Positions 26,952 to 35,489 of a stretch of 50,783 bases of DNA are shown here, in pieces. Each line of letters opens with the position of its first letter. The stretch's first letter is position 1. The DNA comes from an uncultured Bacteroidota bacterium (lineage in GTDB: Bacteria; Bacteroidota; Bacteroidia; Flavobacteriales_F; PHOS-HE28). A model generated the notes under the pieces. That model was given only the letters and a program-made list of their open reading frames with translations, searched no databases and was not told where the DNA came from. Made by a program: the position numbers and the translations under genes. The stretch lies in assembly GCA_902825795.1 (NCBI GenBank), contig CADECG010000005.1:1-50783 (forward strand). The letters run 5' to 3'.

Positions 26952-27439
26952 TCGGATAGTTGTTCCACAGCAGTGATGTATTCCGCGCCGCGTTTCTCGG
27001 CGAACACGTCCAGGGTCAGCGAGACAGCTCCTTGCAACATCAATCCCAGCCCGAGGCCCTTCCAGAAACCGTCGGTAGAGGTGAGCATGAGCAGCGCGAT
27101 GCCAGCGAGTATGAACACGATCTCCGTCCACTTGATCGCTGTGAAACTCTTCATCACCTTCTCCATCCGTGGGAGCTCTGCTGCGCGATAGGCTTTAGCG
27201 TCTTGTGCTATTTGGGCGTTCAGCGCAGCCACTTGTTTGTCGGTGCGCGAATAGACCGTTCCCCCAACGGTCATCTGTATGAGGCCGATGACGATCAGCG
27301 GCACCGCCATGCCTTTCACAAAGGGCTCGTTCCATTTCATCCAAGCGAACACCGCGAAGGCGATGGCGGCCAGACCGATGGTGAGGAAGAGCAGGCTTTC
27401 CGCCTTCTCCGCCCGGAAGTAGGTTTCAATGTGCGTCAT
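26948..27439 (-). CDS. Hypothetical membrane protein (about 4 TM)
   Basis: 163-aa ORF with typical codon usage and hydrophobic segments, coupled to the methyltransferase gene. Confidence 0.75.
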   Translation of the reverse strand: MTHIETYFRAEKAESLLFLTIGLAAIAFAVFAWMKWNEPFVKGMAVPLIVIGLIQMTVGGTVYSRTDKQVAALNAQIAQDAKAYRAAELPRMEKVMKSFTAIKWTEIVFILAGIALLMLTSTDGFWKGLGLGLMLQGAVSLTLDVFAEKRGAEYITAVEQLSE

Positions 27440-27519
27440 GTGACGAAAGTGATGAACGTGTAGAGAATGGGGTGATGTTGGTCACCTCTTGTTCGCATGC
27501 TGGTCCTATTTTCGCCCCG

Positions 27520-27891
27520 ATGCGTGGTGCTGCCCAACTCGTGCTATTGGCCCTGTACATCGGCCAACTGCTGGCCCCCGCGATCATCATTGCCGACTTC
27601 ATTGTTGATCGCGAACGTATCGAACGTGACCTCTGCGTGCAACGCGAACGCGCTGCGGAGGTGCGCACATGCCACGGCGAGTGCCACATGGTGAAGCAAT
27701 TGCGTGCAGCTGAGGATGCCGCCGCGCAACACGCGCCACCTGCATTGCCTATAAAGGTGCAGCCGGAATGGTTCGTTGATCGTGCTGATGAGCCTGTCTT
27801 CGGCGAAAGCATCGATCTGCAGTGGCCACGCATTGCGCAAGCGTTGCCCTCCGGTGTGCGCGCTGCCGCTGAGCCGGTGCCTTGGGGTTGA
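27520..27891 (+). CDS. Small secreted or anchored protein with LC-x12-CxGxC motif, first gene of a metal cassette
   Basis: RDLCVQRERAAEVRTCHGECHMVKQL. A TATTTTCG box at 27507-27514 lies directly before the ATG. Confidence 0.7.
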   Translation: MRGAAQLVLLALYIGQLLAPAIIIADFIVDRERIERDLCVQRERAAEVRTCHGECHMVKQLRAAEDAAAQHAPPALPIKVQPEWFVDRADEPVFGESIDLQWPRIAQALPSGVRAAAEPVPWG

Positions 27892-27942
27892 GACGGACAG
27901 CGGCCCACGTGGCCGCTTGGTTCCAAGTCTTTAACCCAACAC

Positions 27943-28896
27943 ATGAAACGAACACTTTTCGCAGTGGTGGCCGTATGGCTATCACTGCAAACCTGGGCGT
28001 GCGACGTGTGCGGCATCTACCTCAATGTGCTGCCGCAGGACCGTACGCACCAGTTCAGTCTCTTCTACAGGATGCGCACGCTTTCGGGAAGCTTTGCTCC
28101 GGAAGGTGTGGTCAAACACGGTGATGAGCATGCCGCCCACGGCGAAGCCGCTGAGGTGAGCGAGCTTTTCCAAGTCGTGGACCTGCGTGCCGATCTGCGC
28201 ATCCGTCAGCGCTGGTCGCTGTTGCTGAGCATTCCGATGGTGAACACATACCAGAGCGTCAACGGTTTCCGCACCGCTGACCTGTACGGCATGGGCGACC
28301 CCATGTTGATCGGCCGCTACCAGTTGGTGAACACCAGGAACGGATCCGACGAGCAACGCGCCGTACACCGTTTGCTGGTGGGCGGCGGCTTGAAATTTCC
28401 GCTCGGCAAGGATGACCTTGCATACAACGGCAACGAAGTGGGCAATGATCTGCAGCCCGGTACCGGAACGTGGGATGTGCTTGCCACGCTGGAGTACGCT
28501 GTGCGCAAGGGTCGGAACGGTCTGGCCATGAGCAACGTGGTCCGCATCAACGGCGTCCATGAAAGCGGATACCGTTTCGGTCATGGGCTCAACAGCACCA
28601 TGGAAGTGTTCCGGATCTGGTCGCTTGGTGCAGCGCAGGTTGCTCCATCCATCGGTGGATATGGTGAATTCACACAGGTGGATGAACAGGACGGGTCGAG
28701 CATTGCGAGTACGGGCGGCAACACCCTTTTCACGCACGCCGGCGCTCGCGTATGGTGGCGATCGTGGATGCTCACCGGTGCTTGGCAGTACGCCATTGTC
28801 AACGATATCGGAAGCGCCATGGTGCCCAACAACGACCGGCTGGTCGTTGGTCTCACATTTCTATTGAACAACAACACAAAAAACAACACGAAATGA
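27943..28896 (+). CDS. Outer-membrane beta-barrel (transporter-like) with N-terminal CxxC and His-rich loop
   Basis: Signal peptide followed by ACDVCG, KHGDEHAAHGE, GMGDPML, GGGLKFPLG, LQPGTGTWD. Confidence 0.7.
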   Translation: MKRTLFAVVAVWLSLQTWACDVCGIYLNVLPQDRTHQFSLFYRMRTLSGSFAPEGVVKHGDEHAAHGEAAEVSELFQVVDLRADLRIRQRWSLLLSIPMVNTYQSVNGFRTADLYGMGDPMLIGRYQLVNTRNGSDEQRAVHRLLVGGGLKFPLGKDDLAYNGNEVGNDLQPGTGTWDVLATLEYAVRKGRNGLAMSNVVRINGVHESGYRFGHGLNSTMEVFRIWSLGAAQVAPSIGGYGEFTQVDEQDGSSIASTGGNTLFTHAGARVWWRSWMLTGAWQYAIVNDIGSAMVPNNDRLVVGLTFLLNNNTKNNTK

Positions 28897-29657
28897 ACAC
28901 AAAGAACATCAGCGTGCTCCTCGCAGCACTTCTGCTCGGCAGCACTTCATGCAAGAAAGACGAAGATGAACCGGATGACCATGATCACGGCGGTACTGCG
29001 GCAACGGCCACGGTCGAAATGGAATTCGGGTTCCACTACGGCGTGAACGACTTTGACATGAATGCAACCTATTCCGATGGCGCAGCACATGCCGTGCAGT
29101 TCAGCGCGATCAAGTTCTACATCAGCGACATCCACTTGGTGGACGACGGAGGAGGCGAAGTGGCCGAGTTCCACGATACCTACTTGCTGCTCGACGGCGC
29201 TACGCCGGAAGTGACGCATACGCTCGGCGATGTCACTGGCCTGCATATCCATGAAGCGCACTTCAGCCTTGGGTTGGACAGTGCGACCAACCATGCCGAT
29301 CCCACACTGGCTGCGGCACCGCTCAACGACCCGAGCATGCACTGGGCATGGAACCCTGCCGCCGGTTACAAGTTTCTATTGGTGGAAGGCCGCGTCGACG
29401 ATGATGGCGATGGTGTTGTTGATGCGGGCGATCCCACATTCACATATCACTGCGCCACTGACGCGTTACTCGGGGAGGATGAGGTCGAATACCACGCCGA
29501 CATCACCGCTGGTGCCACGCTCAGCAAACACATCGAGGTGAAAGTGGACGTGCTGATGACCGGTATCGACGCGCTTGCCACACCCATGGGCATGGGTGGC
29601 GAGGCCGTGAACATTGCACTGATGCAGAACCTCGCTACCGCGATCACGGTTGACTGA
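28893..29657 (+). CDS. mbnP: MbnP family copper-binding lipoprotein
   Basis: Lipobox (GSTS-C), DDHDHGG, KFYISDI, GLDSATNHADP, MHWAWNPAAGYKF. ATGA overlap with the upstream gene. Confidence 0.8.
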   Translation: MNTKNISVLLAALLLGSTSCKKDEDEPDDHDHGGTAATATVEMEFGFHYGVNDFDMNATYSDGAAHAVQFSAIKFYISDIHLVDDGGGEVAEFHDTYLLLDGATPEVTHTLGDVTGLHIHEAHFSLGLDSATNHADPTLAAAPLNDPSMHWAWNPAAGYKFLLVEGRVDDDGDGVVDAGDPTFTYHCATDALLGEDEVEYHADITAGATLSKHIEVKVDVLMTGIDALATPMGMGGEAVNIALMQNLATAITVD

Positions 29658-29676
29658 GGCGTGAACGACCGAATGC

Positions 29677-29709
29677 AGAGGGCTCCGAAAGGGGCCCTTT
29701 GTTTTTGTT
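29677..29709 (+). terminator. Intrinsic, probably bidirectional, terminator between mbnP and the ABC ATPase gene
   Basis: AGAGGGCTCC-GAAA-GGGGCCCTTT followed by GTTTTTGTT. Confidence 0.8.
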
Positions 29710-30329
29710 CACTTCCACCTCTCGACTTCCACGGCCTGCGCACACAATGCAGTTTCGGCCGCCTGCCTATTGCTGGCCACCAGCAGCGTGCGCTGATCCA
29801 CATGCGCGGAGAGCAATTGCTGGAACCACGCGGCACCCGCTGCATCAAGGTTGCTCGTCGGCTCGTCGAGCAATAGTAGGGGGGTGTCGCTGACAATGGC
29901 GAGCGCAAGTTTCAAGCGCTGTTTCATACCGCTGCTGAAGTTCCGCACCGGCTTGTCCAAGTGCTGATCGAGCATCGCTATTTGCGCCAAGGATCGTGCG
30001 TCCACACCTGATCGAAGAGGCTTGAAGCGCGCGTGGAAACCGATGGCTTCATCCAGGCTCAGATCCTCGTAGAGGTTGAGATAGGGTGCTGCGATGCTCA
30101 CATGGCGGTAAACCCGTTCTTGACCCGTCGCTTGGCCGTTCAACTCGTGCGCGATCGTTCCTTTGGTGAGGGTGAGCGCGCCGGCCACGCATTGCAACAA
30201 CGTGCTTTTGCCACTACCGTTCGGGCCGAGTATGGCTGTGCGACTGCCGCTCTCGAACGTGTACGACAGGTCACGGAACACCGTTTCGCGACCGAAGGAC
30301 TTGGTGGCTGCTTGCAGGTGTATCCGCAT
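29709..30329 (-). CDS. Orphan ABC ATP-binding protein (atypical Q-loop and H-loop)
   Basis: GPNGSGKST, FSSGMKQR, LLLDEPTSNLD. H-loop reads VASN. No permease gene in the window. Confidence 0.9.
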   Translation of the reverse strand: MRIHLQAATKSFGRETVFRDLSYTFESGSRTAILGPNGSGKSTLLQCVAGALTLTKGTIAHELNGQATGQERVYRHVSIAAPYLNLYEDLSLDEAIGFHARFKPLRSGVDARSLAQIAMLDQHLDKPVRNFSSGMKQRLKLALAIVSDTPLLLLDEPTSNLDAAGAAWFQQLLSAHVDQRTLLVASNRQAAETALCAQAVEVERWK

Positions 30330-30384
30330 TCCGGAGGGAGCACTAAGTCGGCTTCGACGGACTCAGGGTGACAGCACTATAAAA

Positions 30385-31167
30385 TCACTCCGCCAGCCCG
30401 CGCATAATGCCCTTCGGACTGTTGTTGATGAAGTCGAGGATGATACCGCGCTCGGGGCTGCGGGGCATGCTCTGTTCCACGCTTTGTATGGCGCGGTCAA
30501 CGTTGGTGTTGCGCACGAAGATCTCGCGGTAGATGTCCTCGATGCGGGCCACAGCCTCATCGCTGTAGCCGCGGCGACGCAGACCCACCACGTTCACGCC
30601 GATGTAGCTGAGCGGCTCCCGTGCTGCCTTCACGAAAGGCGGTACGTTCTTACGCACCAGCGATGCACCCGCAATGAAGCTGTGCGCGCCGATGTGGATG
30701 AATTGCTGCACGGCCACGTTGCCTTCCAGTATGGCCCAGTCGTCGATAGTGACATGGCCGGCAAGGTTCACGCTATTGGCGATCACCACATTGTTGCCCA
30801 AAATGCAATCGTGCGCCAAGTGCACGTACGCCATCAGCAGACTGTTGCTGCCCACAGCGGTCTTTTCGCGATCGGCAGTGCCGCGGTTGATGGTGACACA
30901 CTCGCGCACCGTTGTACCGTCACCGACCTCGGCAGTTGTCTTCTCTCCACTGAATTTCAGGTCCTGCGGTATGGCACCGATGACCGCACCGGGGAAAATG
31001 CGGCACTTCTTGCCGATGCGTGTGCCATCCATCAGTACCGCGCTCGGGCCGATCCATGATCCTTCGCCCACCTCAACGTCGCCCTGCACGGTGGCGAATG
31101 GTTCGATCGTCACATCCTTGCCGATGCGCGCATCGGGGTGTACGTACGCCAGCTTGCTGATGCTCAT
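30385..31167 (-). CDS. lpxA: UDP-N-acetylglucosamine O-acyltransferase
   Basis: Hexapeptide repeats, IPQDLKF, ECVTINRGT, AYVHLAHDC, LAGHV. Confidence 0.95.
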   Translation of the reverse strand: MSISKLAYVHPDARIGKDVTIEPFATVQGDVEVGEGSWIGPSAVLMDGTRIGKKCRIFPGAVIGAIPQDLKFSGEKTTAEVGDGTTVRECVTINRGTADREKTAVGSNSLLMAYVHLAHDCILGNNVVIANSVNLAGHVTIDDWAILEGNVAVQQFIHIGAHSFIAGASLVRKNVPPFVKAAREPLSYIGVNVVGLRRRGYSDEAVARIEDIYREIFVRNTNVDRAIQSVEQSMPRSPERGIILDFINNSPKGIMRGLAE

Positions 31168-32612
31168 GCTTCAACGTTTGCTTTCCGCGCAGACTCGGTC
31201 GGTGCTTTATCGCGCGCGATCTGCGCCATCATTTCGGCTTCCACAGCGGGTTGCCCACCCACGTACGCAACACCCTTCATATGCACGATCCCACGGCGGA
31301 TCGGTGTCATCAGCTCCAAGCGGAACACCAGCGTGTCGCCCGGTACCACTTTTCGCTTGAAGCGCACGCCGTCGATCTTCAGGAAGTAAGTGGTGTAGTT
31401 CTCAGGGTCTTCCACCTTGCTCAGTGCGAAAATGCCCCCCACTTGTGCCATGGCTTCAAGCTGTAGAACGCCGGGCATCACGGGGTTGCCGGGGAAGTGG
31501 CCGGTGAATTGGGGTTCGTTCATCGTTACGTTCTTCACGCCAACAATGGTGTCGCCCGTGATCTCCATGATCTTGTCGATCAGCAGGAACGGGTAACGGT
31601 GCGGCAGCATGCGACTGATCGCATTGACGTCGTAGAGCGGCTCCTTGGTAACGTCGTAGTAGAATCCGGCTGCCTTGCGCTCTTCGCGCATCATCTCCTT
31701 GATGCGCTTAGCGAAGCTGGTGTTGCCGAAGTGACCCGGCCGCGCGGCGAGGATGTGCCCTTTGATCGGGCGGCCCACCAGAGCCAGATCACCCACGATA
31801 TCGAGCAGCTTGTGGCGCGCGGGTTCGTTGAAGAATTTCAGGTCGGTGGTGTTCAGCACGCCATTGCGACGGATCTCCACTTCTTCGTATGGGCGGCCCA
31901 ATGTCTTGGCCAGGTCCTTCAGCTGATCCTTGGTAGTGCCTTCACGATCCTCCAGCACAATGGCGTTGTTGAGGTCGCCGCCTTTGATGAGACGTGCTTT
32001 GGCCAATTGCGTCAACTCGCGCAGGAAGACGAACGTGCTGCACGGTGCGATCTCGTCGTTGAATGCCTCTGCCCGGTAGCTGCTTGCGTGTTGGGTACCA
32101 AGGACGGGGCTGTTGTAATCCACCATCACGGTAAGGCGCAGCTCGCCCGCAGGTGTGGGTACACCCAGCATTTCGGTTCCCTTCTCCTTCGTCTCGAACC
32201 AGATCGGCTCTTTCAGGACGTACCAATCGCGCGCGGCGTTCTGTTCTTCCAATCCAACACTTTCAATGGCCAGCACGAAGGGTAGTGCGCTGCCGTCCAT
32301 GATGGGTACTTCGGGGCCGCTCAGTTGCAGCAAGCAGTTGTCGACGCCCAATGCGTACAGCGCTGCCAGCACATGCTCGGTCGTGTTCACACGTACCTCG
32401 CCTTTACCCAACGTGGTGCCGCGTTCAGTGCTCACCACCAAGTCCGCATCGGCGGCGATAATGGGCTCGCCTTCAATGTCGGTGCGCTGGAATTTGTAGC
32501 CGTGGCCGATGGGGGCCGGGCGAAGTGTCAGTGTAACAGGCTCGCCGGTGTGCAGTCCAACGCCTTTCACCGTGGCGCTGCCTTTCAGCGTGTGTTGCTT
32601 GTCTGGGTTCAT
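31164..32612 (-). CDS. lpxC/fabZ: Bifunctional LpxC deacetylase / FabZ dehydratase
   Basis: GVGLHTG, TTEHVLAAL, RHKLLDIVGDLAL, followed by LPHRYPFLLID and GHFPGNPVMPGVLQLEAMAQ. Confidence 0.96.
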   Translation of the reverse strand: MNPDKQHTLKGSATVKGVGLHTGEPVTLTLRPAPIGHGYKFQRTDIEGEPIIAADADLVVSTERGTTLGKGEVRVNTTEHVLAALYALGVDNCLLQLSGPEVPIMDGSALPFVLAIESVGLEEQNAARDWYVLKEPIWFETKEKGTEMLGVPTPAGELRLTVMVDYNSPVLGTQHASSYRAEAFNDEIAPCSTFVFLRELTQLAKARLIKGGDLNNAIVLEDREGTTKDQLKDLAKTLGRPYEEVEIRRNGVLNTTDLKFFNEPARHKLLDIVGDLALVGRPIKGHILAARPGHFGNTSFAKRIKEMMREERKAAGFYYDVTKEPLYDVNAISRMLPHRYPFLLIDKIMEITGDTIVGVKNVTMNEPQFTGHFPGNPVMPGVLQLEAMAQVGGIFALSKVEDPENYTTYFLKIDGVRFKRKVVPGDTLVFRLELMTPIRRGIVHMKGVAYVGGQPAVEAEMMAQIARDKAPTESARKANVEA

Positions 32613-32624
32613 GAGGATCTGTGG

Positions 32625-32644
32625 GGGCCGACGAGCGTCGGCCC
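32625..32644. repeat. Hairpin GGGCCGACG-AG-CGTCGGCCC between lpxD and lpxC/fabZ
   Basis: Perfect 9-bp arms read directly. Confidence 0.7.
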
Positions 32645-32648
32645 GTGC

Positions 32649-33668
32649 TTAGGGATCGATCTCGTCGAGCTTCTTCTTCAGGTCGGGCAAATTGCGGAAG
32701 ACAACATAGCTGCGTTTGTAGTCCCCGATGTTGAAGGCAGGACTTCCCTGCACAGTGGCCCCGACTTCCGTAATGCTGTGACCAACGCCGCTCTGTGCCG
32801 CGATCTTCACTTGGTCGGCGATGATGAGGTGCCCGACGATACCCACTTGCCCACCGATCATGCAGTACTTGCCGATCTTGGTGCTGCCCGCAATGCCTGT
32901 CTGCGATGCGATCACGGTGTGCGCACCGATCTCAACGTTGTGGCCGACCTGGATCAGGTTGTCCAGCTTAACGCCTTTGCGGATCACGGTACTTCCCATG
33001 GTCGCGCGGTCGATGGTGGTGTTGGCGCCGATCTCCACATCGTCCTCGATCACCACGTTGCCCACCTGCGGCATCTTCTCGTAAACGCCTTTCGCATCGG
33101 TAGTGAAGCCGAAACCGTCGGCCCCGATGATCACGCCACTGTGGATGATGCAATCAGCCCCGATCACACAGCGGTTGTACACCTGAACACCGCTATGGAT
33201 CCGCGTGTTCTTGCCGATGTGGACCCCGTCGCCGATGGTGCAGTGCGGAAAGATCTTAACGCCATCCTCGATCACCGCACCATCGCCGATGTAGGTGAAG
33301 GCGCCCACGTAAGCGCCGCTGGCCACCTTGGCCTTAGGGCTCACGAAGCTCGGTTGTTCAATACCCTTCTTGTTGTATTGCAGGTCCTCGTTCATCTTCA
33401 GCAACCGGCTGAAGCATGCACGTGGATCCGTAACCCGGATCAGCGTTAGCCGCTTGGGTAATTGCTGCGAAGGCTGGAAGTCGCGCTCAACGACCGCGAT
33501 GCTCGCACCGGTGGAATAGAGGAACTCGGTGTACTTCGGATTGGCCAGAAACGTGAGGGTACCCGCCTTGCCCTCCTCGATCTTGGCGAGGTCGCTTACC
33601 AATACCTGTGCGTCGCCATCCACCTCGCCATCGAGGAGTTCTGCTATTTGGCTCGCACTGAACTGCAT
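32649..33668 (-). CDS. lpxD: UDP-3-O-acylglucosamine N-acyltransferase
   Basis: TFLANPKY, IGADGFGF, IGANTTIDR, KLDNLIQVGHNVEIG, GGQVGIVGH. Confidence 0.96.
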   Translation of the reverse strand: MQFSASQIAELLDGEVDGDAQVLVSDLAKIEEGKAGTLTFLANPKYTEFLYSTGASIAVVERDFQPSQQLPKRLTLIRVTDPRACFSRLLKMNEDLQYNKKGIEQPSFVSPKAKVASGAYVGAFTYIGDGAVIEDGVKIFPHCTIGDGVHIGKNTRIHSGVQVYNRCVIGADCIIHSGVIIGADGFGFTTDAKGVYEKMPQVGNVVIEDDVEIGANTTIDRATMGSTVIRKGVKLDNLIQVGHNVEIGAHTVIASQTGIAGSTKIGKYCMIGGQVGIVGHLIIADQVKIAAQSGVGHSITEVGATVQGSPAFNIGDYKRSYVVFRNLPDLKKKLDEIDP

Positions 33669-33698
33669 GCTATCGCGCTATCGCCCTTGCGGGCGGCG

Positions 33699-33707
33699 GC
33701 GAAGATA
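33699..33707 (-). promoter_or_regulatory. -7 box (TATCTTCGC) for the lpxD-lpxC/fabZ-lpxA-ABC operon
   Basis: Intergenic, 30 nt from the lpxD ATG. Confidence 0.6.
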
Positions 33708-33736
33708 GGCCGATGGTCCAGAGCGAATAGTGCGCC

Positions 33737-34021
33737 TTACGGCACCACACCGAACAGGAACATGAGAGCCATTATCCCACACAGGATCCCCCATTTGATC
33801 CGTTCTCTTTCCATGCTCGGCTTCCTTGGCGTAAACCAATTTGGTAGCCTTGGATGACGTGCTCGCAACTCTTGCCCCTGGTCGAACATCCTACTGGCCT
33901 GCCAAAAGGATAGCCTGACCATGATCCAATGCACCGGTATGAGAACGGCGACCAACATGAGCCGGAACAGCAAATCGGCCCAATCGATGTCGATTGGTTG
34001 CCATTCGAGCAAAATCTGCAT
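33737..34021 (-). CDS. Small hypothetical membrane protein (2 TM)
   Basis: 94-aa ORF from MQILLEW with two hydrophobic stretches, filling the gap between the His-rich gene and the lpxD promoter. Confidence 0.5.
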   Translation of the reverse strand: MQILLEWQPIDIDWADLLFRLMLVAVLIPVHWIMVRLSFWQASRMFDQGQELRARHPRLPNWFTPRKPSMERERIKWGILCGIMALMFLFGVVP

Positions 34022-34046
34022 CGTGATGGAAGGGTAGCACCCGAGG

Positions 34047-34520
34047 TCAGTGCACCTCGACCTCCACGGTCTTCTCGACAACCCGCGCGCTATCGCTCAT
34101 CTCCACCTTCACCTCCATCTGGTCGCCGTTGCGCTTCACGTTCACCGTTCCACCGTCCACAGTGATCGTGGTGTCGCCTTGGAAATTGGATGCCTTCAGC
34201 CCGTCGATGATCGTATGCACTTCGGTGTCGCCGTGGTGCTCGCCGTGTCCGTGGCCGTGTCCTTCGCCATGTCCGCCTTTGCAACACGCTTTGCCTTCGC
34301 CATGGGCCTCTCCATGCCCGCCTTTGCAGCATGAACCGCCCTTCTTGCATTCTTCTTTCGTGCAGCCTTCGCCGTGCGCGCAAGTAGCATTGCCATGGCA
34401 GCTGGCTACTCTGCCACACTCACCCTTGCCGCAGTGCCCGCCACAGCTACGCCCTATCAAAAAGCCCCCGATGGCGAACAGGAGACCGAACACGAGGATC
34501 TTTATCCAAGGGGAATTCAT
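34047..34520 (-). CDS. Membrane-anchored Cys/His/Gly-rich putative metal-binding protein
   Basis: N-terminal TM, then 11 Cys and 11 His in about 75 aa, then a beta-rich tail. TAGCTTCG box upstream. Confidence 0.75.
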   Translation of the reverse strand: MNSPWIKILVFGLLFAIGGFLIGRSCGGHCGKGECGRVASCHGNATCAHGEGCTKEECKKGGSCCKGGHGEAHGEGKACCKGGHGEGHGHGHGEHHGDTEVHTIIDGLKASNFQGDTTITVDGGTVNVKRNGDQMEVKVEMSDSARVVEKTVEVEVH

Positions 34521-34602
34521 GATGTGTGGATGTTTGAGGCGAAGCTATGTGCAGAAAGGAGAGGATGGGGATGGGGCTGCACCGTCCCCGCTCAATGGTT
34601 GT

Positions 34603-35373
34603 TCACCTCCTCACAATGTTCGTACTGTTCGCTTGGGCGGTGGGTGTAACCACCAGGTCGTTGATACATACATGCGACGGGAGGGTGGCCACGTAGTGCA
34701 CAATGTCCGCTATGTCTTCAGCGCGCAATGGGTCGAAGCCTTGATACACTTGCTTCGCGCGGTCTTCGTCGCCGCCGAAGCGCACTACGCTGAATTCCGT
34801 TTCGGCGGCACCGGGAGCGATCTGCGTCACCTTGACGCCGTGTTCCAACAAGTCGATGCGCATGGCCTTGGTCAGTGCATCCACCGCGAATTTGCTGGCG
34901 CAGTACACATTGCCTTTGGCGTAGACCTCTTTGCCCGCCGTGCTGCCGATATTGATGATGTGTCCGCTCTTGCGCAGGATCATCCCCGGTATCACCGCGC
35001 GGCTCACGTTCAACAGGCCTTTCACATTGGTATCGAGCATGCGGTCCCAATCATCCGTGCTGCCTTCCTGCAACGGCGCTAAGCCCGCAGCAAGTCCGGC
35101 ATTGTTCAGCAGCACATCGATCGTGTCCCACTTCGGAGGAAGTCCAGCGATCGCAGTATCAACCGCCGCCCGATCTCGCACGTCGAAACACAGCACGTAC
35201 GACACATGACCTCGCTCTACGGTGCCGTGCAAGCCCTCGAGTTCGCGCTGCAACGCATCGAGCCGATCGCGCCTTCGACCGGTGATGATGACGCGCCAAC
35301 CTTCGGCAGCAAAGCGGCGGGCACTGGCTTCGCCGAAACCGCTGGTCGCGCCTGTGATGAGGATGGTCTTCAT
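34603..35373 (-). CDS. Classical SDR oxidoreductase (YdfG-like)
   Basis: ITGATSGFG, NNAG, INIGS, YCASK, GAAETEFS. Confidence 0.92.
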   Translation of the reverse strand: MKTILITGATSGFGEASARRFAAEGWRVIITGRRRDRLDALQRELEGLHGTVERGHVSYVLCFDVRDRAAVDTAIAGLPPKWDTIDVLLNNAGLAAGLAPLQEGSTDDWDRMLDTNVKGLLNVSRAVIPGMILRKSGHIINIGSTAGKEVYAKGNVYCASKFAVDALTKAMRIDLLEHGVKVTQIAPGAAETEFSVVRFGGDEDRAKQVYQGFDPLRAEDIADIVHYVATLPSHVCINDLVVTPTAQANSTNIVRR

Positions 35374-35441
35374 GGAGCAGTGATGAATTCAGGCCGCCAA
35401 GTTGCACAGGCGAACGCTCGCTTCCAGATCCGGCATATAAC

Positions 35442-35472
35442 ACGAACGTCCCGAACAAGTCGGGACGTTCGT
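35442..35472 (-). terminator. Perfect 13-bp hairpin after the small T9SS gene
   Basis: ACGAACGTCCCGA-ACAAG-TCGGGACGTTCGT, starting 17 nt downstream of the stop codon. Confidence 0.75.
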
Positions 35473-35489
35473 CAAAAAGCAATTCGGGA

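Noticed and set aside
31164-32612. LpxC-FabZ fusion and stand-alone pheT as unusual features
   Set aside because: Both are standard for Bacteroidota and were used only as taxonomic evidence.
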